Of a stretch of 64,000 bases of DNA, positions 24,640 to 35,610 are shown one piece after another. A program made the translations under genes and the position numbers. Each line of letters starts with the position of its first letter. Within the stretch, counting starts at the first letter, position 1. The notes under the pieces were generated by a model that saw only the letters and a list, made by a program, of their open reading frames with translations, did not search any database and had not been told where the DNA came from. The DNA comes from Ranitomeya imitator (taxonomy: Eukaryota), in assembly GCF_032444005.1 (NCBI RefSeq), contig NC_091284.1, positions 14,942,001-15,006,000 on the forward strand. Direction: 5' to 3'.

Positions 24640-27124
24640 TGGTACTGGGTGACTTGTGTTCTCTGCGGTCTCTGGTGTCCACCTGTTCCATCAGGTTATG
24701 GGAGTTTCCTATTTAACCTGGCTTTTTTGTCATTTCCTCGCCGGCTATCAATGTAATCAGTGTGTCTTTTTACCTCTGCTACCTGCGTCTGTTATCTTCA
24801 GGACAAGCTAAGTTTTGATTTTCCTGTTCCACGTTTTGTTTAATTTTTGTCTTAGTCCAGCTTGCAGATATGTGATTCCTTGCTGCTGGTTGCTCTAGTG
24901 GGCTGAAATTACTCCTCATGTTCCATGAGTTGGCACATGAGTTCAAGTAATTTCAGGATGGTTTTTTGAAGGGTTTTTCGCTGACCGCGCAGTTCACTTT
25001 TGTATCCTCTGCTATCTAGCTTTAGCGGGCCTCATTTTTGCTGATTCTATTTTCATAACTACGTATGTGCTTTCCTCTCATTTCACCGTTATTACATGTG
25101 GGGGGCTGCTATTTCTGTGGGGTGTTTCTCTGGAGGCAAGTGAGGTCTGTGTTTCTTCTAATAGGGGAAATTAATCCTTCGGCTGGCGCGAGACGTCTAG
25201 GAATCATCGTAGGCACGTTCCCCGGCTACTGCTAGTTGTGTGTTTAGGTTCAGGATCGCGGTCAGCTCAGGTTCCATCACCCTAGAGCTTGTTTTGTTTT
25301 TGTGCTTGTCCTTTTGTGATCCCCTGCCATTGGGATCATGACAGAATTTCAGGCTGATAAACCTGACCGCTGTCCTGTGGGGAAACTGTTTGTTCCTGAC
25401 AGATGGACTAGTAGAGTGATTTCTGAGGTTCACTGTTCCGTGTTGGCTGGTCATCCTGGCATTTTTGGTACCAGAGACTTGGTTGGTAGGTCCTTTTGGT
25501 GGCCTTCTTTGTCGCGTGATGTGCGTTCTTTTGTGCAGTCCTGTGGGACTTGTGCGCGGGCCAAGCCTTGTTGTTCCCGTGCTAGTGGGTTGCTTTTGCC
25601 ATTGCCGGTCCCTGAGAGGCCCTGGACGCATATTTCTATGGATTTTATTTCCGATCTTCCGGTTTCCCAGAGGATGTCGGTTATCTGGGTTGTTTGTGAC
25701 CGGTTCTCTAAGATGGTTCATTTGGTGCCTTTGCCTAAATTGCCTTCCTCTTCGGATTTGGTTCCGTTGATTTTTCAGCATGTGGTCCGTTTGCATAGTA
25801 TTCCGGAGAATATTGTGTCCGACAGAGGTTCCCAGTTTGTTTCTAGGTTTTGGCGGGCCTTTTGTGCTAGGCTGGGCATTGATTTGTCTTTTTCTTCTGC
25901 GTTTCATCCTCAGACAAATGGCCAGACCGAGCGAACTAATCAGACTTTGGAGACTTATTTGAGATGCTTTGTGTCTGCTGATCAGGATGATTGGGTGGCC
26001 TTCTTACCATTGGCCGAGTTTGCCCTTAATAATCGGGCTAGTTCTGCTACCTTGGTTTCGCCTTTCTTTTGTAATTTTGGTTTTCATCCTCGTTTTTCTT
26101 CTGGGCAGGTTGAGCCTTCTGACTGTCCTGGTGTGGATTCTGTGGTGGACAGGTTGCAGCAGATTTGGGCTCATGTGGTGGACAATTTGGTGTTGTCTCA
26201 GGAGGAGGCTCAACGTTTTGCTAACCGTCGTCGGTGTGTTGGTTCCCGGCTTCGGGTTGGAGATCTGGTCTGGTTGTCTTCCCGTCATGTTCCTTTGAAG
26301 GTTTCTTCTCCTAAGTTTAAGCCTCGGTTTATTGGTCCTTATAGGATTTCTGAGATTATTAATCCGGTGTCTTTTCGACTGGCGCTTCCGGCCTCTTTTG
26401 CTATCTATAATGTCTTCCATAGATCTTTATTGCGGAAATATGTGGAGCCCGTTGTTCCCTCTGTTGATCCTCCGGCCCCTGTGTTGGTTGATGGGGAGTT
26501 GGAATATGTTGTTGAGAAGATTTTGTATTCCCGTTTTTCGAGGTGGAAGCTTCAGTACCTGGTCAAATGGAAGGGTTATGGCCAGGAGGATAATTCTTGG
26601 GTTTTTGCCTCTGATGTCCATGCTGCTGATTTGGTTCGTGCCTTTCATCTGGCTCATCCTGATCGGCCTGGGGGCTCTGGTGAGGGTTCGGTGACCCCTC
26701 CTCAAGGGGGGGTACTGTTGTGAATTCTGCTTTTGGGCTCCCTCCGGTGGTTGTAGATGGTAATGCAGTTGTCCCTGGGCTGCAGGCTTGGAAAGGTGTA
26801 TCTGCTAATTGCAGTTCTGACTGGGGTATTTAGGTTTGCAGGACTCATTAGTCCTTGCCAGTTGTCTATGTCCCCCCCCTATATCTCAGAACTAATCTCC
26901 CACTATCTTCCCTCACATAATCTTTGATCCTCCCAAGACCTCCTTCTCTCCTCCACACTTATCCGCTCCTCACTCAACCGCCTCCAAGATTTCTCCCGAA
27001 TATCTCCCATCCTCTGGAATTCCATGCCTCACCACGTCCGACTATCCAACACCCTCGGCTCCTTCAGACGGAACCTGAAAAACCCAGCTCTTCAGGAAAG
27101 CCTATAGCCTGCAATAACCATTCT

Positions 27125-27480
27125 ACCGCCTCACCAACCACCCGAGCTGCCGCCTCACCAACCACCCGAGCTGCCGCCTCACCAACCACCCGAGCTGCAG
27201 CCTCACCAACCGCCCGAGCTGCTGCCTCACCTTCCACCTGTGCTGCTGCCTCACCAACCACCCGAGCTGCCACCTCACCAACCACCAGAGCTGCAGCCTC
27301 ACCAACCACCCGAGCTGCCGCCCCACCAACCACCTGAGCTGCCGCCTCACCAATCACCCGAGCTGCTGCCACATCACCAACCACCTGAGCTGCTGCGTCA
27401 CTACCACCAGAGCTGCCACCTCACCAACCACCCAAGCTGCCGCGTCACCACTGCCAGAGCTGCCGCCTCACCACCACCAG
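27125..27480. repeat. 24-bp minisatellite in the L2 3' UTR
   Basis: Unit GCCTCACCAACCACCCGAGCTGCC. Confidence 0.9.
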
Positions 27481-27510
27481 TGCTGCAGAACACCGACCTC
27501 CTGTTTCTTC

Positions 27511-28309
27511 TGTTATGAACTGGTGTTTTAGGAGCAACATGGGCCGAGCTCTGAAGGAGTTGGTACCTGTACTGACCGCAGTCCCTAAGCTCAACACAAC
27601 ACTAGAAGTAGCTGTGGGATGTTCCTGTCACTCCCTAGACACCTCGTCACAGCCTGAGAGCTAACTACCCCTAAAGATAGAAACAGGAAAGCTATCTTGC
27701 CTCAGAGAAAATCCCCAAAGGATAGATAGCCCCCCACAAGTAATGACTGTGAGTGGAGAGAGAAAAGACATACATAGAATGAAACCAGGATGTAGCAAAG
27801 GAGGCCAGTCTAGCTAGATAGATAGGACAGGACAGAATACTGTGCGGTCAGTATTAAAAACTACAAAAATCCACACAGAGTTTACAAAAATCTCCACACC
27901 TGACTAAAGGTGTGGAGGGTAAATCTGCTTCCCAGAGCTTCCAGCTTAACTGAATTAATCCATACTGACAAGCTGGACAAAACATAGAATGCACAGAACG
28001 AATAAGTCCACAACATGTGGACAGAAAAGAGCAAAGCAAGGACTTATCTTTGCTGAACTGGTCAGGAAATCAGGGAAATCCAAGCAGAGATGTGAATCCA
28101 ACCAGGAACCATAGACAAGTGGCACTGGCTGAAGGGAAGAGCCAGGCATAAATAGCCGAGCAGAAAGACAATCAGTGGAAGCAACTGCAGACTGCTAAAT
28201 CCAAGGAGCAGCCATTCCACTTAAAACCACCGGAGGGAGCCCAAGAGCAGAACTCACAAAAGTGCCACTTACAACCACCAGAGGGAGCCCAAGAGCGGAA
28301 TTCACAACA
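27511..28309 (-). mobile_element. Chromovirus solo LTR in reverse orientation
   Basis: Reverse complement begins TGTTGTGAATTC and ends CATAACA; flanking direct repeat TTCTTC (27505-27510, 28310-28315). Confidence 0.88.
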
Positions 28310-28457
28310 TTCTTCCCCATTATCCCAAAGAATGTAAGTCCGCAATGACAGGGTCCTCTCCCCTTTGTACCAGTCTGTCATTGTAAATTTGTTTACAGTT
28401 AATGATATCTATAACCCTGTATGTAACCCCTTCTCATGTACAGCACCATGGAATTAA

Positions 28458-29646
28458 CCCCTTCACGACCTTGCCCTTTTCCGTTTTTGCGTTCTCGTTT
28501 TTTGCTCCCCTCCTTCCCAGAGCCATAACTTTTTTATTTTTCCATCAATATGGCCATGTGAGGGCTTGTTTTTTGTGGGACAAATTGCACTTTTCAACAA
28601 CATCATTGGTTTTAGCATGTCGTGTACTAGAAAATGGGAAAAAATTCCAAGTGCGGTGAAATTGCAAAAAAAGTGCAATCCCACACTTGTTTTTTTGTTT
28701 GGCTTTTTTGCTAGCTTCACTAAATGCTAAAACTGACCAGCCATTTTGATTCTCCAGGTCATTACGAGTTCATAGACACCAAACATGTCTAGGTTACGTT
28801 TTATCTAAGTGGTAAAAAAAATTTCAAACTTTGATAAAAAAAATAATTGCGCAATTTTTGCGTGCTGAGCTGGCGTTTTTAATGATACCATTTTAGTGCA
28901 GATACATTCTTTTGATCGCCCGTTATTACATTTTAATGTCGCGGTGACCAAAAAACCATAATTCTGGCGTTTCGATTTTTTTTTTCGTTTAGTGATCAGG
29001 TTAATCCTTTTTTAATTGATAGATCAGGCGATTCTGAACGCGGCGATACCAAATATGTGTAGGTTTCAATTTTTTTTATTGTTTTATTTTGAATGGGGCG
29101 AAAGGGGGGATGATTTAAACTTTTATATTTTTTTAATTTTTTTCATATTTTTTAAAACATTTTTTTTTTACTTTTGCCATGCTTTAATAGCCTCCATGGG
29201 AGGCTAGATGCAGGCGCCTCTCGATCGGCTCAGCTACATAGCAGCGATCATCAGATCGCTCCTATGTAGCTGAAATGCAGGTGTGCTGTGAGCGCCGACC
29301 ACAGGGTGGCGCTCACAGCAGGCCGGCATCAGTAACCATAGAGGTCTCAAGGACCTCTATGGTTACCATCCTGACGCATCGCCGACCCCCGATCATGTGA
29401 CGGGGTTGGTGATGCGACCATTTCCGGCCGCGCGGCCGGAAGCGCCGGTTAAATGCCTCTGTCAGAGTTTGACAGCGGCATTTAACTGGCTAAAAGCTGC
29501 AGTTTAATCGCGATTTCACCCACCACTATTGCAGGCACATGTCAGCTGTTCATGTCCCGGCTTTGAGGTGGGTTCAGTGCCGGAGCCCGCATCAAAGCAG
29601 GGGATCCAACCTCCGCCGTAATAGTACGACGGAGGTCGGGAAGCGG
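28458..29646. mobile_element. Non-autonomous piggyBac-type element
   Basis: TTAA|CCCCTTCACGACC ... GGTCGGGAAGCGG|TTAA, inserted in the L2 tail. Confidence 0.82.
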
Positions 29647-30501
29647 TTAATGGTGCTATATAAATAAATAATAATAAATAATATGTCAATTGCCTGTAAC
29701 AAGTCTGAGGTGAAGCAGTAACCCTAAGAGCCGGGTCATCTAAGAGATCCTATAAACAGGCTCAAACTGCCTATCGAACATACATCTGTCTTAGGACAGG
29801 AGAGAGGGGACTCTGTCAGCAAGCTTTAAGCCGCAGGGACCTCACCATCTGGCGCAAGTAGGATAGTCTTACGGACCTCACCTGAAGTGGGATCCCTTAT
29901 TGCCTCCAAGCCGGCCGGACTACAGCAACCCTACACCTGGTACCCTGGACTGAGGACTGCTACCATCAGTAAACCAGGTAAAAGACTGCAAACTCTGTCT
30001 CCTCCACTTACTCGTCGGCTTACACCATCTTGCCATACACTTGGGAAGCCCTGGGGACCCCGCATCACCTGTGGGAAGCGTTACCATCTTGTTGCAACAA
30101 CATCAGCCCTTTAAGCAGCGTCAGTCCCTACTGACCACAGGTGGCGTCACGAACAATAGACATTTCAAATCCCTTTAAAGACCTTTCCCTTTAATTGGGC
30201 ACCCAGGGCCACGGACGGGTCGCAGCCACCGTGACATCCCCTTTAAGACCGGACCCGGTACCGACTACCCCGCTGCCCTGGCGGGGCGTTCCAGAAGCTC
30301 CCCTAAAACCGGGTTTTGAGCTCCCCCTTCTGGCCTGGATTCAGAATGTGTTGTGTGTTACAGCTTACCTGCCAAACGGATCCTTCCTGTGTCCAGGCAT
30401 GGCATAACCCTCCCCGAGAGGAAGGCAGCACCACTGTGGTGCCCGAACTCCTGGGGTGCCACATCCACACACTCAATCAATCACACTCCAACCTCTCCAT
30501 C

Positions 30502-31509
30502 ATGGCTAAGACCAAAGAGCTTTATAAGAACACCAGGGACAAAATTGTAGACCTGCACAACAGACCTTGGATGGGATACAGGACAATAGGCAAACAGCTT
30601 GGGGAGAAGGCAACAACTGTTTCACAATTATTAGAAAATGGAAGAAACATAAGATGCCTGTCAATCTTCCGCTGTCTTGGGCTCCATGCAAGGTCTCACC
30701 TCATGGGGTAACGAAGATTCTGAGAAAGGTCAGGAATCAGCCCAGAACTATACAGGACAGCCTGGTCAATGGCCTGAAGAGAGCTGGGACCTCAGTCTCA
30801 AATATTACCATTAGTAACACTACACTGTCATGGAGCAAAATCCTGCAGGACACAAGGTCCCCATGCTCACACCAGCACATGTCCAGGCCCGTTTGAATTT
30901 CACCAATGACCATCTCAATTATCCAGAGGAGGCATGGGAGAAGGTCATCATGTGGTCAGATGAGAACAAAATAGAACTAGTATCAACTCCACTCGCTGTG
31001 TTTGGAGGAATAAGGATGAGTATAACCCGACAAACACCATCCCACCCGTGAAGCATGGTGGGGGAAACCTTTTCAGGGTGCTTTTCTGCAAAGGGGACAG
31101 AACAATTGCATCATAGTTAAGGGATGGATGGATGGGGTCATGTATCATGAGGTTTTGGCCAACAACCTCCTTACCTCAGTAAGACCATTGAAGATGGGTC
31201 ATGATTGGGTCTTCCAACATGACAATGACTCAAAACACACAGCCAGGGCAATAGAGGAGTGGCTCCGTAAGAAGCATTTCAAGAATGTGGAGTGGCCTAG
31301 TATCCAGACCTGAACCCAATAGAAAATATTTGGAGGAGCTGAAACTCAATGTTGCTTAACGACAGCCCCAAAACCTGAATGATCTGGAGAAGATCTGTAT
31401 GGAGGAGGGGGCCAAAATCCCTGCTGCAGTGTGTGCAAACCTGGTCAAAAACCACAGGAAACGTCCAACCTCTGTAACTGCAAACAAAGGTTTCTGGACC
31501 AAATATTAA
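30502..31509 (+). pseudogene. Tc1 transposase relic of the 9066-31811 element
   Basis: [29 protein letters not shown] and [22 protein letters not shown] motifs across several frameshifts. Confidence 0.85.
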
Positions 31510-31548
31510 GCTCTGTTTTTCTATTGTATCAAATACTTATTTAATGCT

Positions 31549-31640
31549 GTTACTGTATGTGATATCTGTAATTTGTATGTAACCCCTTCTCATGTACAGC
31601 ACCATGGAAGTAATGGTGCTATATAAATAAATAATAATAA
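31549..31640 (+). mobile_element. Short 5'-truncated L2 tail inserted in the right TIR region of Tc1
   Basis: Matches the L2 3' end at 28415-28457 plus 29650-29680, ending in (AAT)n. Confidence 0.7.
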
Positions 31641-32061
31641 TGCAAATTAACTATGTAAGAATCATACAATGTGATTTTCTGGATTTTATTTTTAGATTCT
31701 GGCTCTCGCAGGTGAAGTGTACCTCTGATAATAATTACAGACCGCTCCATTCTTTGTGGATTGGAAAACTTCTAAAATCATCAGTGGATCAAATACTTAT
31801 TTTCCTCACTGTATAATAGTGCCGTCCCGTATTTTACAGCGTCCTCTTGTTATATATAGCGACTTTTCTTATTACATAGTATCCTCTATTAGTTATAGCG
31901 CTATGTTATATTTAGTGCTGCACATAAAGGAAAAAATTTGCACTCTGCTGTCATTTTTCCCTCTGCAGATGTACAGCAGAGCACCTGTGTGTTAATCACG
32001 TGACCTAAAAGACGATCTATCAAAGTGGTTCATCTGACATGTCACGTGATACATTGGGGGC

Positions 32062-34255
32062 TATCTGTTATGGGGGATTGCGGATGACGCTCTGTTATGG
32101 GGGATCTGTGGATGATGCACTGTTATGGGGGATCTGTGGATGATGCACTGTTATGGGGGATCTGTGGATGACGCACTGTTATGGGGGATCTGTGGATGAT
32201 TATTATTATTATTATACATTTTTATAGCGCGCACTGTTATGGGGGATCTGTGGATGATGCGCTGTTATGGGGATCTGTGAATGATGCTCTGTTATGGGGA
32301 TCTGTGGATGAGGCACTGTTATGGGGGATCTGTGGAGGATGCACTGTTATGGGGATCTGTGAATGATGCTCTGTTATGGGGATCTGTGGATGAGGCACTG
32401 TTATGGGGATCTGGGGATGAAGCACTGTTATGGGGGATCTGTGGATGAGGCACTGTTATGGGAGATCTGTGGATGATGCACTGTTATGGGGGATCTGTGG
32501 ATGACGCACTGTTATGGGAGATCTGTGGATGACGCACTGTTATGGGGGATCTGTGGATGACGCACTGTTATGGGGATCTGTGGATGATGCTCTGTTATGG
32601 GGATCTGTGGATGAGGCACTGTTATGGGGGATCTGTGGATGAGGCACTGTTATGGGGATCTGGGGATGATGCACTGTTATGGGGGATCTGTGGATGATGC
32701 ACTGTTATGGGGGATCTGTAGATGATGCCCTGTTATGGGGATCTGTGGATGATGCACTGTTATGTGGGATCTGTGGATGATGCACTGTTATGGGGATCTG
32801 TAGATGATGCACTGTTATGGGGATCTGGGGATGAGGCACTGTTATGGGGATCTGTGAATGATGCTTTGTTATGGGGATCTGTGGATGAGGCACTGTTATG
32901 GGGATCTGGGGATGATGCACTGTTATGGGGGATCTGTGGATGATGCACTGTTATGGGGGATCTGTAGATGATGCCCTGTTATGGGGATCTGTGGATGATG
33001 CCCTGTTATGTGGGATCTGTGGATGATGCACTGTTATGAGGGATCTGTGGATGATGCACTGTTATGTGGGATCTGTGGATGACGCACTGTTATGGGGGTC
33101 TGTGGATGAGGCACTGTTATGGGGATCTGTGGATGAGGCCCTGTTATGGGGATCTGTGGATAAGGCACTGTTATGGGGGATCTGTGGCTGATGCACTGTT
33201 ATGGGGATCTGTGGATAACGCACTGTTATGGGGGATCTGTGGATGACGCACTGTTATGGAGATCTGTGGATGATACTCTGTTATGGGGGATCTGTGGATG
33301 ATGCCCTGTTATGGGGGATCTGTGGATGACACACTGTTATGGAGATCTGTGGATGATACTCTGTTATGTGGGATCTGTGGATGATGCACTGTTATGGGGA
33401 TCTGTAGATGATGCACTGTTATGGGGGTCTGTGGATGAGGCACTGTTATGGGGATCTGTAGATGATGCACTGTTATGGGGGATCTGTGGATGAGGCCCTG
33501 TTATGGGGATCTGTGGATAAGGCACTGTCATGGGGATCTGTGGCTGATGCACTGTTATGGGGATCTGTGGATAACGCACTGTTATGGGGGATCTGCGGAT
33601 GACGCACTGTTATGGAGATCTGTGGATGACGCACTGTTAAGGGGGATCTGTGGGTAATGCACTGCTATAGGGATCTGTGGATGATGCTCTGTTATGGGGG
33701 ATCTGTGGATGATGCCCTGTTATGGGGGATCTGTGGATGACACACTGTTATGGGGATCTGTGGATGATGCACTGTTATGTGGGATCTGTGGATGATGCAC
33801 TGTTATGGGGATCTGTAGATGATGCACTGTTATGGGGGTCTGTGGATGAGGCACTGTTATGGGGATCTGTAGATGATGCACTGTTATGGGGGATCTGTGG
33901 ATGATGCACTGTTATGGGGATCTGTGGATGAGGCCCTGTTATGGGGATCTGTGGATAAGGCACTGTCATGGGGATCTGTGGCTGATGCACTGTTATGGGG
34001 ATCTGTGGATAACACCCTGTTATGGGGGATCTGCGGATGACGCACTGTTATGGAGATCTGTGGATGACGCACTGTTAAGGGGGATCTCTGGGTAATGCAC
34101 TGCTATAGGGATCTGTGGATGATGCTCTGTTATGGGGGATCTGTGGATGATGCCCTGTTATGGGGGATCTGTGGATGATGCACTGTTATGGGGATCTGTG
34201 GATGACGGACTTTTAAGGGGGTTCTGCATATGACGCATTGTTATGGGGGCTCAAC
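32062..34255. repeat. 27-28-bp minisatellite, ~80 copies
   Basis: Unit GCACTGTTATGGGG(G)ATCTGTGGATGAT. Confidence 0.95.
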
Positions 34256-35164
34256 GGATGATAATACAGCATTTTATCTTAATTAACCAGACATGTATTT
34301 TCAATAAGCCAGGAGGAATAGACTGTTATCTATATGCTGACTTTTGAATTTATGTGTTTGTTCTTTGTTTGGTTAAGAAAACACAGACTTTTGTTTGTAT
34401 AAGCCAGTAATATTGACTTTAAGTTGACGTTTGTTGTAACATATTGTGCTGTTATCCTTGATGACTAGAGACACAGGGTAATTGAACAATGATGTTTGCT
34501 GATATGTTGATTACACATTGTACAGGCCAGCTAGTTTGTTGACCTACAAACATTGAAGGATAAACTATAAATGCTCAAACAAGGAGTTAATCTTGTCATA
34601 CCTTCCTCTTGACCCCTGGATAATGACTTGAAGGACAACAGTTGTGAACTATATAAGGGAACTATTTCTCCATACAAACAGATTCAGACATCCAAGAGAT
34701 CAAGATAACCAGAGATTCTGTACAAAATCAAAGCCAGAAACACTCCACAAGACAGCAATCAATACATCATGGCTCCATCAAGAGGGACACAGATTTGACA
34801 TTCTGCAGGATGTCAGCTTAGGGGACCATGATCCCGGCTATAAGAATACAGATCTGCTCCATTGATTATCACTGAACCCAAGGATATATTTGGGGTAGTC
34901 ATGATTGGGACCCACTGGTCACCTGAGCCCATGGATACACTTGGTAAAGCCAGCATTGGGACCCCCCTGGAAGGGCCGGCTCCAGGTTTTCGTTGGCCAC
35001 GAGCAAAACAGTTTCTCTGGGCCCCTTTAACACATACCATGATTCATGATGCACAGATATGGCAGAGAAATATAGATATAGTACTATGCCAAAGATTTCA
35101 CTCACTTCTTACATTACATGAGTGATCTATATTGTAAATTCTACAAAAGCTCAGACAGTGGACA

Positions 35165-35610
35165 GTATAGTCCTACATACAGTATTCTGGGCACCACATA
35201 GTGCTCCATACAGAATAATGAGCCCCATATAATGCTCCATACAGTATAATGAGCCCCACATAGTGCTCCATACAGTATAATGAGCCCCATATAATGCTCC
35301 ATACAGTATAATGAGCCCCATATAATGCTCCATACAGTATAATGAGCCCCACATAGTGCTCCATACAGTATAATGAGCCCCATATAATGCTCCATACAGT
35401 ATAATGAGCCCCATATAATGCTCCATACAGTATAATGAGCCCCACATAGTGCTCCATACAGTATAATGAGCCCCATATAATGCTCCATACAGTATAATGA
35501 GCCCCATATAATGCTCCATACAGTATAATGAGCCCCATATAATGCTCCATACAGTATAATGAGCCACGTATATTTTCTCCATGCGGAATAATGAGCCCCA
35601 TATATTGCTC
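35165..35610. repeat. 31-bp minisatellite, ~13 copies
   Basis: Unit GAGCCCCATATAATGCTCCATACAGTATAAT. Confidence 0.93.

Larger units (their letters stand above)
19612..25343 (+). mobile_element. Chromovirus C, full-length and very young Ty3/gypsy retrotransposon
   Basis: Two 746-bp LTRs (19612-20357, 24598-25343) with about 3 differences seen by eye; flanking direct repeat GAATTT; G-rich PPT before the 3' LTR. Confidence 0.95.
15820..26870 (+). mobile_element. Chromovirus A (Tf1/sushi-like Ty3/gypsy) with truncated LTRs, carrying two nested insertions
   Basis: U5 remnant ending 15992; gag 16128-16893 (CYYCGDASHVISVC); protease-RT-RNaseH 17690-19611 with frameshifts; integrase-chromodomain 25344-26717; PPT, then a 3' LTR remnant 26718-~26870. 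Confidence 0.88.
26870..29683 (+). mobile_element. L2 LINE 3' portion (ORF2 C-terminus, repeat-containing 3' UTR, (AAT)n tail), with two insertions
   Basis: PPYISELISHYLP...SPILWNSMPHHVR...FRRNLK.QLFRKAY is the typical L2 ORF2 end; the tail is ATAAATAAATAATAATAAAT at ~29660-29683. Confidence 0.8.
13639..30293 (+). mobile_element. Solo LTR Y (pieces ~13639-14120 and ~29684-30293), split by an L2 and its cargo
   Basis: TGTAGCACCCC...GGGGCGTTCCA ends with a 4-bp TSD GAAG (13635-13638, 30294-30297). Confidence 0.75.
12789..30463 (-). mobile_element. Solo LTR X (pieces 12789-13638 and 30294-30463), split by nested insertions
   Basis: TG...CA ends with a 4-bp TSD TCCA (12785-12788, 30464-30467); homologous in reverse orientation to LTR Y and to 56064-57229. 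Confidence 0.75.
9066..31811 (+). mobile_element. Second Tc1 element (~1.6 kb originally), expanded to 22.7 kb by nested insertions
   Basis: TA|CAGTGGGGAGAA at 9064-9066 and the matching TIR ending CCTCACTG|TA at 31811-31813. The ~170-bp TIRs align. The sequence resumes exactly after each nested insertion (12747, 30464). Confidence 0.85.

Noticed and set aside
27064-27518. Ala/Pro-rich mucin-like ORFs
   Set aside because: Translations of the 24-bp repeat in the L2 3' UTR.
12789-30293. Apparent giant TIR element (Ginger-like) with ~350-bp inverted ends
   Set aside because: Explained by two related LTRs in opposite orientation, each with its own TSD (TCCA, GAAG).
32181-34095. Many GDLW/PQIP repeat ORFs
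   Set aside because: Translations of the 27-28-bp minisatellite.
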